Assembly (NCBI GenBank): GCA_964462555.1
Contig: CAYWXY010000001.1
Span: forward strand, 1,577 to 65,576
DNA: 64,000 nt
From: an uncultured Pseudomonadota bacterium
Lineage (GTDB): Bacteria > UBA10199 > GCA-002796325 > CAYWXY01
Direction of reading: 5' to 3'
In this document: positions 49,284 to 60,054 of the stretch, in pieces
How positions within the stretch are numbered: position 1 is the first letter of the stretch
How the letters are laid out: each line of letters opens with the position of its first letter
Program-made: the position numbers and the translations under genes
The notes under the pieces: generated by a model
Told to the model about the DNA's origin: nothing
Databases searched by the model: none
What the model saw: only the letters and a program-made list of their open reading frames with translations

Positions 49284-49466
49284 TTACTCCTTTCCTTTTT
49301 TGATGCGATTTCGGATATGAATCTTGCCGTCGAGGGGGAGAGAATTGAGTAATACATTGAGTGAATCGTCGCGATTTACAAAGGCCGAACCGATCTTCAC
49401 CCAGATCGCCTTCTTTCCTTCCCTCTCGATAATATGAAACACGTCCTTGATATGATTTTCTTCCAT
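49284..49466 (-). CDS. Small hypothetical protein (about 60 aa)
   Basis: ORF only; MEENHIKDVFHIIEREGKKAIWVKIGSAFVNRDDSLNVLLNSLPLDGKIHIRNRIKK; no homology recognized. Confidence 0.25.
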   Translation of the reverse strand: MEENHIKDVFHIIEREGKKAIWVKIGSAFVNRDDSLNVLLNSLPLDGKIHIRNRIKKGKE

Positions 49467-49743
49467 ATTGATTCCTTTCCTGCCTGGCCGGGGCAATGTC
49501 GATCAACGCCTCCTCCTTAAGCAAGAGACGTGCCATTTCCGAAAAAAGGGGAACAGACAAACGAAGAACGAAGACTCTTGATTAGACTCAGGAAAAAGAG
49601 ATAGCGGTCATAGATAGTGGGATAGATGAGGGTCAAAGGTGTGACACGTTGGCAGAATAGTGGTCAAGCTGTTCAGAAATGATGCAGCTATTCTAAATTT
49701 CTCGATTTCCGACAAAGAGGGCGAAATGGATCAGGGCCTCTTT

Positions 49744-50681
49744 TTCAAGGGATTGTTTGAAAGGGTCAAGTGACGACATCGCCTTGTCAATATAGCCTCT
49801 GGCGACCTCTTTGGATTCATCGATACTCTGGTATTTTTCAAGAATGGTGGTTACCGATTCTAAATCCTTTTCGGAGTAATGAGGGGTTAGAAGAGATTCA
49901 GCAATAATCTCTCGTTCCTCCGATGATACCTTGGCGAGGGCGTAAATAATAGGAAGCGTTAATTTTCCCTCTTTTAGATCGGTGCCACGTCGTTTGCCAA
50001 ACCGTTTCCCTTCGTGGTATAATCCAAAATATCGTCGACAATCTGAAAGGCAATGCCAAGTGACAGGCCATATTGACGAAGAGCCGCCGTGAGGCGTGTC
50101 GGAGCATTAGCCAAAATACTTCCTGCCTCACATGTTGCCGCGATCAGATAGGCCGTTTTTTTTGTGACAATATTGATGTATGTATCAAAATCCATTTTGA
50201 GGTCGCTGCTCTGAATAATCTCCAGCGCTTCTCCCTCGGTTGTTTTTTTGGCTGCATCGGTAAGGCACGCGATCACACTCCGTGTCGTATGTGAGGCCAA
50301 AATCTCATTGGCAAGACTGAGGCAAAAATCACCAACCAAGACGCTCAGATGATTTCCCCACTTGGCATTAGCAGAAACAACACCTCGCCGAAGCTCCGCA
50401 CTGTCAAGAACGTCATCGTGGATCAGGGAGGCGGTATGAATCAATTCAATGGCGGCCGCAAGATGGATGGCGCGCTCATCCGACCCCCCACAAATGCGAT
50501 GGGTCAGAATTGAAAGAGCGGGCCTTAGACGCTTTCCACCACTAAAGACGATATGGTGGGCCACATCTCGGACCATCGGGACCTCTGCCGTCTGAATGGC
50601 CTCTTCTAAAATAGTTTCCAGCCGTTCCAGATCATCCTGGATCGTTAAAAATAGAGGGTGGGGTCGCTCTGCCGCTTTCAT
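49744..50681 (-). pseudogene. Polyprenyl diphosphate synthase (IspA/IspB family) with apparent frameshift near 49975-49990 between the second Asp-rich motif and the GK..G.DL.EGK.TLP region
   Basis: Frame A: ...LIHDDVLDSAELRRG...FQIVDDILDYTTKGNGLANDVAPI* (stop 49974). Frame -1 continues ...EGKRFGKRRGTDLKEGKLTLPIIYALAKVSSEEREII... to a stop at 49744. Both halves carry the family signatures. Confidence 0.7.
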
Positions 50682-50819
50682 GGGATTATTTTGCTCAATT
50701 TTGTTGGGAATTGTCAAAGCAAACATTATTACGGCATTTCTGCACCTGCTGGGGCCGCAGATAACCTCAGACACTCTTTTTAATAGTGAGATTTCAAGAA
50801 GTATAGTAAAATTCCAGGC

Positions 50820-51563
50820 ATGGAGGGGAAGCCAAAAGGATGTGTAGTGCTTCACGGGTTGAGTGGCACACCAGAGACGATGCGTCCAGTAGTGGACTCC
50901 TTAAGAGAGGCGAACTTTTACGTCAACGCACCGCTTCTTCCTGGACATGGAACGAAGTATCAAGATTTGTCACAGGTCAAGTGGCAAGATTGGTGGAAAA
51001 AGGTGCTCGAAGCATATTATGACGTCAAAGAGAAATCGGAGCGAGTGAGCTGTGTGGGCCTGTCGCTCGGTAGTCTCTTAGCCCTTCAGTTGGCGATAGA
51101 GATGAAGCTCGATCTACAGGCGGCTGTCGTTATGGGTACACCGCTCGTTCTTCCACCACTCCTGGAGCACCTGGCTCACCCGTTGGTGAAATATTCTCCG
51201 GTCAGGTGGCTGTACCGCTATAGCGATAAGGATTGGAAAAAAAGTGTAGCGGATGAAGAAGGAAGAGATTTTTATCAAAAACACAGCTATGAGAAACTTT
51301 CGGTTCACGCCGTCATGGAACTCTTTCGGCTAAAAAAGAAAATTCGATCACGCCTAGGCGAAATCACTGCCCCCGTCCTGGCCATTCATGGCCAGGGAGA
51401 TCTTGTAGCGCCCCTTAAGAATCTGGATATCTTGGAACGGTCGATTGGTTCCAACATGTTTGAAGAGATGGTCTTTGGTGCCTCTAGACACGTGGTATCG
51501 CTCGATCATGATAGAAATCGTGTCGCTGAGGCAACGGTTGCTTTTTTGACCAAGTTCTCGTAA
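50820..51563 (+). CDS. Alpha/beta-hydrolase fold esterase (carboxylesterase-like)
   Basis: GLSLGS nucleophile elbow (GxSxG), HG oxyanion region VVLHGLSGTP, IHGQGDLVAP near the C-terminus. Confidence 0.7.
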   Translation: MEGKPKGCVVLHGLSGTPETMRPVVDSLREANFYVNAPLLPGHGTKYQDLSQVKWQDWWKKVLEAYYDVKEKSERVSCVGLSLGSLLALQLAIEMKLDLQAAVVMGTPLVLPPLLEHLAHPLVKYSPVRWLYRYSDKDWKKSVADEEGRDFYQKHSYEKLSVHAVMELFRLKKKIRSRLGEITAPVLAIHGQGDLVAPLKNLDILERSIGSNMFEEMVFGASRHVVSLDHDRNRVAEATVAFLTKFS

Positions 51564-51565
51564 AA

Positions 51566-51622
51566 GGGGTCTGGATCCCATTGTGTCACTTTAATATAGT
51601 GAAACAATGGGTGCCTGACCCC
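51566..51622. repeat. Intergenic hairpin flanked by GGGGTCTG...ACCCC (same outer motif as the 23712/48785 elements) enclosing a 13-bp-stem inverted repeat CCCATTGTGTCAC/GTGAAACAATGGG
   Basis: Read directly; lies between the esterase stop and the metallophosphoesterase RBS. Confidence 0.45.
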
Positions 51623-51631
51623 GGAGGTAAT

Positions 51632-52180
51632 ATGAAGATTGGTGTCATCAGCGATAGTCACGGTGAGCTTAATATGCTCAAAGAGGCCATCAATCATATG
51701 GTGGATAGACACCATATTGATGCGTTGATTCATCTGGGTGACGACTCAACTGATCTGAAGATCATCGGCAATCCTCCTATCGATATTTATTGGGTCCCCG
51801 GTCTTTACGAAGATCGATATAAAAACGAAGCCATTGAGAATCGTCAAATTATCGAATTTGAAGGGATTCCTTTTCTTCTGACGCATTCACCCACCATCGA
51901 TTCGCACGATTTGCCGGGTGATATCGATCCGAGAGAAGCGATAGAAGATGGGGATGTGCAGGTTGTGTTGTATGGCCACCTGCATCGGTGGCGAATCGGC
52001 GAAGAAAAAGAGGTTGTTGTTATTAATCCAGGCCACCTGACACCTCAAGGAAGTCAAACCAGCAAAGGTCTTCCCCCGAGCTATGCACTTTTGGATGTGT
52101 CCTCTAGAAAACTTGAAGTGAAAATAATGTCACTCACCGATGAGGTGGAGGCAGAAAAAACGTTTTTCTTTGAAGTCTAG
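51632..52180 (+). CDS. Metallophosphoesterase, YfcE/MJ0936 family
   Basis: MKIGVISDSHG..., GDDSTD, HSPT, VVLYGHLHRW motifs; GGAGGT RBS. Confidence 0.8.
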   Translation: MKIGVISDSHGELNMLKEAINHMVDRHHIDALIHLGDDSTDLKIIGNPPIDIYWVPGLYEDRYKNEAIENRQIIEFEGIPFLLTHSPTIDSHDLPGDIDPREAIEDGDVQVVLYGHLHRWRIGEEKEVVVINPGHLTPQGSQTSKGLPPSYALLDVSSRKLEVKIMSLTDEVEAEKTFFFEV

Positions 52181-52182
52181 TC

Positions 52183-53589
52183 TTAGGTAAGTTCGAACTT
52201 TTCCAGATATTTTGGGATGATTGTCTGGATCCCCTTGAAATTCTGATCAATCAAAACCTTCATAGCGGCTACAGATTCCTCTTCACCATGAACCAGGAAG
52301 ATTGTTCGAGGAGGTCTATTGAAAGTTCCAAGCCACTGAATGATGTCATCTCGATCACCATGCGCGGATAGCGATTCAATAAACTCAAGATGACAATTGA
52401 TGCCGACCGGTTGACCGTGAATCTTTAGTGCCTTGGCACCATCAATGATCGCCCTGCCGCGAGTGCCCGCCGCCTGAAAACCGACAATAACAAGGCAAGA
52501 CTTTGGGTCTCCAGCATAGGCCTTTAAATGATGGAGAATTCGTCCGCCGGTCATCATGCCGCTCGCAGAAAGGATAATCGCTGGCCCTTCTAGTTTGTTA
52601 AGCGCCTTTGAATCGACCTCATCATGAACATAGTGAAGGTTGGGCATTCGAAATATATTGGGGTCATGTTCATCGCTCGAAATGAGATGTTCCTTGGAGT
52701 AATGGGTATAAATAGCCGTGGCGTCAATACCGAGGGGTGTATTCAGGTAGATGGGAACCGAAGGCGGAATTCGTTTTTCCTGGCTCAGTCGTTTAAGAAT
52801 ATAGAGAATTTCTTGTGTTCGGCCAACGGCAAAGGCCGGAATCAGGACCTTTCCTCCTCGGGCAACGGTTTCCTTGATGAGCTTTTCAAATCGGTCAAAA
52901 ATATCCTCTTCAGGATGACTGTGAGCTCCATAAGTTGATTCCAAAACAAGATAATCAATATCCCGTTCAATGGTTGAAGGGTCGTGCGTAATCAATGAGC
53001 CATACCGACCAATATCTCCGGCAAAAAGGATCGTTTTTGCCGTCTTGTCTTCCATCGCAATTTCAACAAAGCGCGAGCCCAAAATATGGCCCGCTCGGTG
53101 CATTCGCAATGTGATGTTATGGCCGATTGGAATGTCAGTATTATCCGGGGCGGCCTTGAAATAGGAAAATGTATCCAGTGCATCTTGATATGTATAGAGG
53201 GGGAGGGCCGGATGGTGCTTTGAAAATCCCTTTTTCGATGCATACTTGGTATCTTCCTCTTGAAGGTAGCCAGAATCGGGAAGGAGAATTTTACAAAGTT
53301 CAATCGTTGGTTGACTGGCTAAGACATCGCCATGAAATCCATTTTTGATAAAGAGGGGAAGGTAACCACTATGATCGATATGCGCATGCGTGAGAATAAC
53401 GCTCTTAACATCTTTAGGCGCCAGTGGAAGTGGAGACCAATTCTTTAGACGCAGTTCCTTGAGGCCCTGAAAGAGACCGCAATCGACCATCCAACTATTG
53501 GCACCGCTGGACAGAAGAAATTTTGAACCAGTGACTGTTTCTGTAGCCCCTAGAAACTGCAACGTGGTACTACTACTCGTTCTCCGCAT
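52183..53589 (-). CDS. MBL-fold metallo-hydrolase of the beta-CASP family (RNA-metabolising nuclease)
   Basis: ILTHAHIDHSGYLP (HxHxDH), LESTYG, HLSAHGD C-terminal motif; 468 aa. Confidence 0.75.
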   Translation of the reverse strand: MRRTSSSTTLQFLGATETVTGSKFLLSSGANSWMVDCGLFQGLKELRLKNWSPLPLAPKDVKSVILTHAHIDHSGYLPLFIKNGFHGDVLASQPTIELCKILLPDSGYLQEEDTKYASKKGFSKHHPALPLYTYQDALDTFSYFKAAPDNTDIPIGHNITLRMHRAGHILGSRFVEIAMEDKTAKTILFAGDIGRYGSLITHDPSTIERDIDYLVLESTYGAHSHPEEDIFDRFEKLIKETVARGGKVLIPAFAVGRTQEILYILKRLSQEKRIPPSVPIYLNTPLGIDATAIYTHYSKEHLISSDEHDPNIFRMPNLHYVHDEVDSKALNKLEGPAIILSASGMMTGGRILHHLKAYAGDPKSCLVIVGFQAAGTRGRAIIDGAKALKIHGQPVGINCHLEFIESLSAHGDRDDIIQWLGTFNRPPRTIFLVHGEEESVAAMKVLIDQNFKGIQTIIPKYLEKFELT

Positions 53590-53676
53590 ACTGAATTCGA
53601 GAATCCTTTCTTCGTGGGATTAGGTGAGAATACTCCCTTTGGCCCAAAAGATCAATCAAACAGGCAAACTTCAGCA

Positions 53677-55896
53677 TTACGAAAGAGTCTCCCGGTTGGG
53701 TCGGGCTTGATAATCCTGTGATACAATAATGTCGGCGCTCCTTTTGAGATTTTGAATGATATGATGTTCAATCTCGAGAACCTTAAGGATGAAGTTGAAA
53801 TCCTGATCTGGATCACGGGCTCTGTTTCGTTCCTTGATCTCTTCAATTCGCTTGGTGTAGTCCGACTCAAGAAAAACCTTAAGCGTGATATTTTTGAGTT
53901 TCAAACCATATGTTAAATCAACAAGGATCACATCACGCCCCGTTATATCGGCCGGAACATTATCGTATCGCCGGGATCCCAGGCTGCGGCAATCAGACGG
54001 GACAAAAAGGGTCGTGGTTTTGCAATCGATCGCAGCACCTAGAATGCTATCCAAACGGTCCAGGTCGACCTCTTGGGGACCAAGATAATCTGTCAACTTT
54101 CCATCGTCATATGCCTTTAGACGAGCATGATGGTTTTCTGCAGGAGGTTTCTTAAAAAAAGCATCACCTGGTAGGGTCATTCCCCAGATCTTCTCTTGGC
54201 GTAGGCGATAGCGCAAAAATTCTGCAATCTCCGTCTTGCCAGCACCCGACTCTCCGCCCAGAGCAATGGAGACACGTTGACCAGAGGCACGCGCCTTTTT
54301 AACGGCTTCCTTAATGTAGGGAAGAAGACCCTCTGCAGCCTGTTTATGTTTTGGACGAATAATTGGCGGATCGCCCCGCCATGCAAATGATAGACGATGA
54401 TAGGCGCGGCCGTCACGTTGCATCATGACCGTATCAAATGTTTTCGATGGATTATCGACATCAACAACCTCATCCTGACAAAGACGGTCCAGGACTTGTC
54501 CTTGAAGGCGAGCAATACCCAGCCAACTAAAGGCCTCTTTGGCACGCTTAAATCCATTCATGGATAAAAGTTTAAGTTCTCCCGGGTCCCCCGATTTTTC
54601 GACAAGACGTTTTGCTGCAGCGGCTGGATCCTCGGGGTCGACAATGATGGCATTTACGCCATCTGTTAGCCAACGTGAAATTCCCGCATTTTTTGAGATG
54701 ACAACGGGAGCGCCAGCGGCCATGGCCTCTGCGACGCCCATTCCAAAGGGTTCCATCATCTGCATGCCGACATAAAAGAGACAATTGTGCGCCAGAACCG
54801 AAAGGACTTCCCAACCTTCACTGGGTATTCGAACGACATGAGCATCGGTCAAGTCATAACGTTGCATCATCTTCTTGATTTCTTCCTCAACATGCAGCTC
54901 TTCATCCATCGGTTTCTTTGGGTCACCCCCCACCAAGACAAGCTTCATCGACTTGAATCGTTCTGGATCAAGACGCCGGGTTTCACCGAAAACAGCGACA
55001 ACGCCCGGAATATTTTTGGCCTCAGAAAAACGACCAAAAAAGAGCATGTAACGGTTCGGACTTAAGCCAAGGGGTTTTAAAATGTCGAGCCTTGCACGCT
55101 TACTTCGATAAGCGTCAAAGAAATATTGTCCGGCCCCGGCCGGCATGATCAGGTGAGGGTACGCAGCATTATAATATTCTTTAAGAACCGCAGGTTCAGC
55201 AGGCGTATTGGCGATCTCAAGATTGGCTCCATGTAGGGCGGTAAATTCAAAACTTTCACGCGTCCAAAAGTTATACTGATCGTCAAGCCATGTTTCTGGG
55301 TCGAGTGGATCAAAGCCAAGATTAAGAACCTTCTTGATCCCTATAGAATGTGGGATGACAACTGTTGGAACCTTCAGTCGCTCGCCAACCTCAACCGATC
55401 CGGCCATTCCGTCGGCATAGTGCCCCATAACAGTATTTGCATTAAAGAGGAGTGAGATTGCCACCTCGGCCTCGGCCATCTCTGGAACAAGAGGGTAAAT
55501 GTCCTCTTTTCGGACAAATTTGTCGCCGCCGGCCTGAATCCGAACCAACCAGACATTCTTTCCGAACTGTTCGACACGCGGGTAGGGCTTGAACCACCGA
55601 GCAAGAATAATAACTTTTCGACCCTGCTTAGCCCAGGCCTTGGAGGTCTCAAGGACGTAATAGGTTTGGCCACCGGTATCTGGTACGCCTGCCGGGGGTG
55701 GATCCCCCCAATAGCCATGTGTCGAGATCATGACAATACGGTCTGCACGAGTCGTCGCACGGCGCTTGCGAACGACTGGAATGCCATGTTCCTGGAATAA
55801 CTGGAAATATTCTTCTAAAAGTGAAGGCGAAAGGTCATAACGTTTAGCCAAGGTGTTAAGCCATCGTCTACTTGCATCATCTATTATTGTCCCCAT
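53677..55896 (-). CDS. Bifunctional protein: SPS-like GT4 glycosyltransferase (N-terminal, about 480 aa) fused to a C-terminal P-loop PRK/uridine-kinase-family kinase domain
   Basis: GT: ISTHGYWGDPPPAGVPDTGGQTYYVLE (sucrose-phosphate-synthase-type DTGGQ motif), EPFGMGVAEAMAAGAPVV. Kinase: VSIALGGESGAGKTEIAEF Walker A, VILVDLTYGL, KVFLESDYTKRIEEIKERNRARD (uridine-kinase-like D..RL.RR..RD). Confidence 0.7.
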   Translation of the reverse strand: MGTIIDDASRRWLNTLAKRYDLSPSLLEEYFQLFQEHGIPVVRKRRATTRADRIVMISTHGYWGDPPPAGVPDTGGQTYYVLETSKAWAKQGRKVIILARWFKPYPRVEQFGKNVWLVRIQAGGDKFVRKEDIYPLVPEMAEAEVAISLLFNANTVMGHYADGMAGSVEVGERLKVPTVVIPHSIGIKKVLNLGFDPLDPETWLDDQYNFWTRESFEFTALHGANLEIANTPAEPAVLKEYYNAAYPHLIMPAGAGQYFFDAYRSKRARLDILKPLGLSPNRYMLFFGRFSEAKNIPGVVAVFGETRRLDPERFKSMKLVLVGGDPKKPMDEELHVEEEIKKMMQRYDLTDAHVVRIPSEGWEVLSVLAHNCLFYVGMQMMEPFGMGVAEAMAAGAPVVISKNAGISRWLTDGVNAIIVDPEDPAAAAKRLVEKSGDPGELKLLSMNGFKRAKEAFSWLGIARLQGQVLDRLCQDEVVDVDNPSKTFDTVMMQRDGRAYHRLSFAWRGDPPIIRPKHKQAAEGLLPYIKEAVKKARASGQRVSIALGGESGAGKTEIAEFLRYRLRQEKIWGMTLPGDAFFKKPPAENHHARLKAYDDGKLTDYLGPQEVDLDRLDSILGAAIDCKTTTLFVPSDCRSLGSRRYDNVPADITGRDVILVDLTYGLKLKNITLKVFLESDYTKRIEEIKERNRARDPDQDFNFILKVLEIEHHIIQNLKRSADIIVSQDYQARPNRETLS

Positions 55897-55984
55897 GCTC
55901 TATTGATGACAAAAAGGGTCACTCCTGTCAACAGGGTCTAATTTAATTGACGCGTAGGTGCGAAGCCGCTAAATTAACAAAACG

Positions 55985-57034
55985 ATGGTATTCAAATCCC
56001 TCAGGATTGCGCACGTGGCACCACTCTTTGCCAGTATTCCACCGCTGAAATATGGTGGAACCGAACGGGTTCTGGATTGGTTGATCCGCGCGCAACTAGA
56101 AAAAGGTCATGATGTGACCCTCTTTGCCAGTGGCGATAGTCAAACCCAGGCAAAGTTGGTTTCGGCCATCCCGGAAGCGATGTGGAATTCTGGAGGAAGC
56201 GAATTCCCTAATATTTATCATACAATTGAACTTGATATGTTGCTCAGACGGGCCGAAGAATTCGATGTCATCCACTTTCACTTCAATTTTATGCATCTGC
56301 AGGCGGTTCATATTATCAAAAAACCGCTCATTTCAACATTACATTGGCGGGTTGATCTCAAGGAATTTCAGGATCTCTATAACTATTTTACTGATGTGCC
56401 ATTGGTTGCAATTAGCGAATCCCAGAAATCATATATTCCCCAGGCAAATGTTGTTGATGTCGTCTACCATGGTTTGCCATTGGAAGATTATCATTTTTGT
56501 CCAGGGCCGGGAGAATATTTGGCCTTTGTTGGGCGCTTCAGTGCCATAAAAGGACCTCATATTGCCCTTGAGGTGGCCAGACGCGTCGGAATTCCACTGA
56601 AAATCGCAGCTCGAATTCCCGAAGAAGAAGAGGATCGAAAATATTTCGAAAATACGATCAAGCCAATGTTGGAAGGCCCGAATGTTGAATATGTTGGTGA
56701 GTTAGATGAGAAGGAAAAGATTCCCTTCATGGGAAAAGCCCTGGCTACACTGATTCCCACCTGTTGGCCGGAGCCCTTTGGTCTGGTAACGATCGAGTCG
56801 TTGGCGGTCGGAACGCCGGTCGTTGTCTACCCAATGGGTGGGACAAAAGAGATTGTTGAAGACGGCGTTAATGGGTTTGCCGTAAATTCTGTGGATGAGA
56901 TGTGTGATGCGGTTAAAAGAATTGGGGAAATAAGTCGAAAGACATGTCGACAACACGTCGAGGACAAATTTTCTTCTAAGGGAATGGCCGCAGCCTATGA
57001 TAAGATCTATCATCAACTTATTGATAAATGTTGA
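55985..57034 (+). CDS. Glycosyltransferase family 4 (group 1)
   Basis: IAHVAPLFASIPPLKYGGTERVLDWL N-terminus; EPFGLVTIESLAVGTPVV EX7E-type motif. Confidence 0.8.
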   Translation: MVFKSLRIAHVAPLFASIPPLKYGGTERVLDWLIRAQLEKGHDVTLFASGDSQTQAKLVSAIPEAMWNSGGSEFPNIYHTIELDMLLRRAEEFDVIHFHFNFMHLQAVHIIKKPLISTLHWRVDLKEFQDLYNYFTDVPLVAISESQKSYIPQANVVDVVYHGLPLEDYHFCPGPGEYLAFVGRFSAIKGPHIALEVARRVGIPLKIAARIPEEEEDRKYFENTIKPMLEGPNVEYVGELDEKEKIPFMGKALATLIPTCWPEPFGLVTIESLAVGTPVVVYPMGGTKEIVEDGVNGFAVNSVDEMCDAVKRIGEISRKTCRQHVEDKFSSKGMAAAYDKIYHQLIDKC

Positions 57035-57042
57035 GGGGGAGT

Positions 57043-57693
57043 ATGAAGTTTCATGCCGCGATCTTTGATATGGATGGCGTCGTCGTTGACACCGTTCCCA
57101 TTCACTTTGCTGCCTGGAAGAGAATGTTTGAAGAGCACGGGCACCCATTTACATTCGATGAATACAAAGAAAAAGTCGACGGGATTCCACGAATCGACGG
57201 AACGCGAAATGTTCTAACGGACTTGAGCGAAGAAGAGATTCAAAAAGCAGCGGCACAAAAACAGGAATATTTTTCAGAGGAAATTGAAAAAACAAAAATT
57301 CCGATCTACGATTCAACAGTCAAATTAATCGATAATCTGCAAAAAAATGGGATTAAAGTTGCCGTTATTTCAGCATCAAAGAATGCCCCGCTAATTCTAA
57401 CACGAATAGGCCTGATTGACCGTCTTGACGCTACTGTAAATGGCAATGACGTGACACGAGGGAAGCCGGATCCTCAGGTTTTTTTGATGGCTGCCGAGCG
57501 GTTGGACGCATCTGCTAATCAGTCCATAGTCTTTGAGGACGCGGTTTTGGGGGTGGAGGCGGCCAAACGTGCAGAAATGAAATGTATTGGCATTGATCGA
57601 TATGGGGAACCGGAGAGACTTAAAGAGGCTGACCATGTTGTGAGCGATCTTTCTGAGGTGACGATCGAGACAATCGAAGCTCTATTTTCTTAG
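57043..57693 (+). CDS. pgmB: Beta-phosphoglucomutase (HAD superfamily)
   Basis: AAIFDMDGVVVDT HAD motif I; SASKN motif II; GKPDPQVF; FEDAVLGVEAAKRAEM motif IV. Confidence 0.8.
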   Translation: MKFHAAIFDMDGVVVDTVPIHFAAWKRMFEEHGHPFTFDEYKEKVDGIPRIDGTRNVLTDLSEEEIQKAAAQKQEYFSEEIEKTKIPIYDSTVKLIDNLQKNGIKVAVISASKNAPLILTRIGLIDRLDATVNGNDVTRGKPDPQVFLMAAERLDASANQSIVFEDAVLGVEAAKRAEMKCIGIDRYGEPERLKEADHVVSDLSEVTIETIEALFS

Positions 57694-57702
57694 TGGGTAT
57701 GG

Positions 57703-60012
57703 ATGGGGAATATGGGAAAGCGCATATTTGATGATCTTCTGTCATCGGAAGAATGGCTGATTGAGCAGAAGGGGTGGGCGAGGCCCTTACAGCAGATTCG
57801 CGAAGCGCAGTTTACGTTGGGAAATGGTCTTATCGGCTCTCGAGGCATTTTAGAAGAACTCCCCTACGATGCAAACGCCGGAACATTCGTTGCCGGCATC
57901 TTTGATCGCGTGGGAGCCAAGATTCCAGAGTTAGTCAACCTTCCAAACCCGGTCGTTTTTCGAATAGATGTTGAGGGCGAGAAAGTCGATCCAGCAGCGA
58001 TGGACATTATGAGCCACTATCGAGCCCTTGATATGCGGAAGGGCCTTCTGGTTCGCCACACCCGATATAAATCGGCGCTAAAAAAACGAATTGATTATCA
58101 ATCGTATCGATTTGTTGGAATGTACCAAAAATTTATCGGGGCAATGGTCGTTTCCATATCGCCACTCGACGAAGATATGACATTCAACGTTCTCTCGACG
58201 GTTGATACGTCGGTGTGCAATCGGGGGTTTCTGACTGAGGGGCGCAAGCGTCACTACGAAGTGACCGCCATCGCAAAGGGGAAGATTGGAAATTATACCG
58301 AGGTTCAGACTTTTGAACATCGTCATATTATCGGGTATGCAACGTGCGTAGAGATTGAACATAAAGGAAGGCGAAAGGTTATTCCCGACAAAAGTTTTGT
58401 CGTACGGGTTAAAAAGGGGGAAAGGGCAACATTTGTTCGATATTTTACGATTGTACCGTCATTCTACGTTAAGGGAGACATCAAAAAGGTGGCCACCAAA
58501 GAGCTGACGCGTGGTCGAAATTTGGGCGTCAAGCGCCTCTTTGGAGCGCACGAGCGTGAGTGGAGCGAAAAATGGAAAATGGCAGATATCGTGATGGAAG
58601 GTTCCGACATCCGCCAGAAGGCCGTTCGTTTTAATCTATATCACTTGATAATTTCGGGGCATCACGATGATCGTATCAGTATCGGTGCGCGAACCTTAAG
58701 TGGGGAGGGATACCGTGGGCATATTTTCTGGGATGCCGAAACATTCATCTACCCCTTCTTCCTCTACACGAATCCGCGTATTGCGCGAAGTATGCTGATG
58801 TATCGATATAATCGCCTGGATCCCGCCCGTCAGATAGCGGCGGCCAAGGGGTATAAGGGAGCACTTTTTCCATGGGAATCGGCAGCGTCGGGAGAGGAGA
58901 CAACGCCGGCATGGTTTAAGGATTTAGCAGGCGAGGTTTTGAAAATCGAAACACTCGAAGAAGAACACCATATTGTGGCCGATATCGCCTATGCCATTCA
59001 CCAGTATGTAAGGGCAACCGGAGACGACGCCTTTATGGTCAATTGTGGCCTGGAGATGCTCTTGGAGACAGCTCGTTTTTGGGCATCAAGAGTGATTTAT
59101 AATAAAAAGAAAAAGCGATATGAAATGCACCACATCATGGGACCCGACGAGTTTCATTCGGGAACGAACAATAATACATTTACGAGCATAATGGCCCGCT
59201 TCAATATGCAAGTTGCCCAGAAGTGGTATCAGTGGGTTAAAAAACATAAGCCGGCCAAGTTAAAGAGCCTTGTTAAAAAAATTGGGTTTAAAGAGGCGGA
59301 GATGAAGAAATGGCGGGAAATATCGCAGAAAATATTCCTGCCTTATTCGAAGACAAAAAAGATTTACGAGGAGTTTGAAGGGTATTTTAAATTAAAGGAT
59401 GTTCGGATCACGCAGCTTGATCAAAATTTCATGCCAATCGTTCCTCATCAGGCACAGCCCGTTGAGGATGGAAAAACACAAATGATCAAGCAGGCCGATG
59501 TTGTCATGTTCTTATATATGCTATACGATCAGTTTTCGCCGGCCGAAGTTAAGCGTAACTTTAAGTATTACGAAAAAAGAACGCTGCATAAATCATCGCT
59601 CAGTCCGTCGATCTATGCATTGATGGCCGCGCGCGTGGGCGCCATGGAAAAAGCTCTAAACTATCTTACGATTGCTGCGCATGCCGATCTGATGGATGTG
59701 CATGGAAACGCCGCTGAGGGCTTTCACGGCGCGTCGGGGGGTGGTGTGTGGCAGGCAATGGTCATGGGTTTTGGTGGGCTGGATGTTCGAGAGGATCGGA
59801 TTTGTTTTAAACCAATACTTCCCACGCTCTGGAAGTCGCTCTCTTACAAAATTATGTCTCACGGCGCGAGAATTGCGGTGAAGGTTTTGCCGAAGGAAAT
59901 CCATATAACACGCGAAACAGCGGGACATCGAAAAAATGTTATTGTTGAGGCTGGGGGCGTTGCCAAGCAGCTCAAAAAAGGAAAGACAGTTAAGTTGTTG
60001 CACGATAGTTAG
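57703..60012 (+). CDS. Glycoside hydrolase family 65 disaccharide phosphorylase (maltose/trehalose/kojibiose phosphorylase-like)
   Basis: 769 aa; catalytic-region signature GHIFWDAETFIYPFFLYTNP...KGALFPWESA; N-terminal beta-sandwich plus (alpha/alpha)6 barrel layout. Confidence 0.85.
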   Translation: MGNMGKRIFDDLLSSEEWLIEQKGWARPLQQIREAQFTLGNGLIGSRGILEELPYDANAGTFVAGIFDRVGAKIPELVNLPNPVVFRIDVEGEKVDPAAMDIMSHYRALDMRKGLLVRHTRYKSALKKRIDYQSYRFVGMYQKFIGAMVVSISPLDEDMTFNVLSTVDTSVCNRGFLTEGRKRHYEVTAIAKGKIGNYTEVQTFEHRHIIGYATCVEIEHKGRRKVIPDKSFVVRVKKGERATFVRYFTIVPSFYVKGDIKKVATKELTRGRNLGVKRLFGAHEREWSEKWKMADIVMEGSDIRQKAVRFNLYHLIISGHHDDRISIGARTLSGEGYRGHIFWDAETFIYPFFLYTNPRIARSMLMYRYNRLDPARQIAAAKGYKGALFPWESAASGEETTPAWFKDLAGEVLKIETLEEEHHIVADIAYAIHQYVRATGDDAFMVNCGLEMLLETARFWASRVIYNKKKKRYEMHHIMGPDEFHSGTNNNTFTSIMARFNMQVAQKWYQWVKKHKPAKLKSLVKKIGFKEAEMKKWREISQKIFLPYSKTKKIYEEFEGYFKLKDVRITQLDQNFMPIVPHQAQPVEDGKTQMIKQADVVMFLYMLYDQFSPAEVKRNFKYYEKRTLHKSSLSPSIYALMAARVGAMEKALNYLTIAAHADLMDVHGNAAEGFHGASGGGVWQAMVMGFGGLDVREDRICFKPILPTLWKSLSYKIMSHGARIAVKVLPKEIHITRETAGHRKNVIVEAGGVAKQLKKGKTVKLLHDS

Positions 60013-60054
60013 CCAGCCGTAGGCTGGTCCGCCTCTGGCGGAAAGGAGGTCGTC

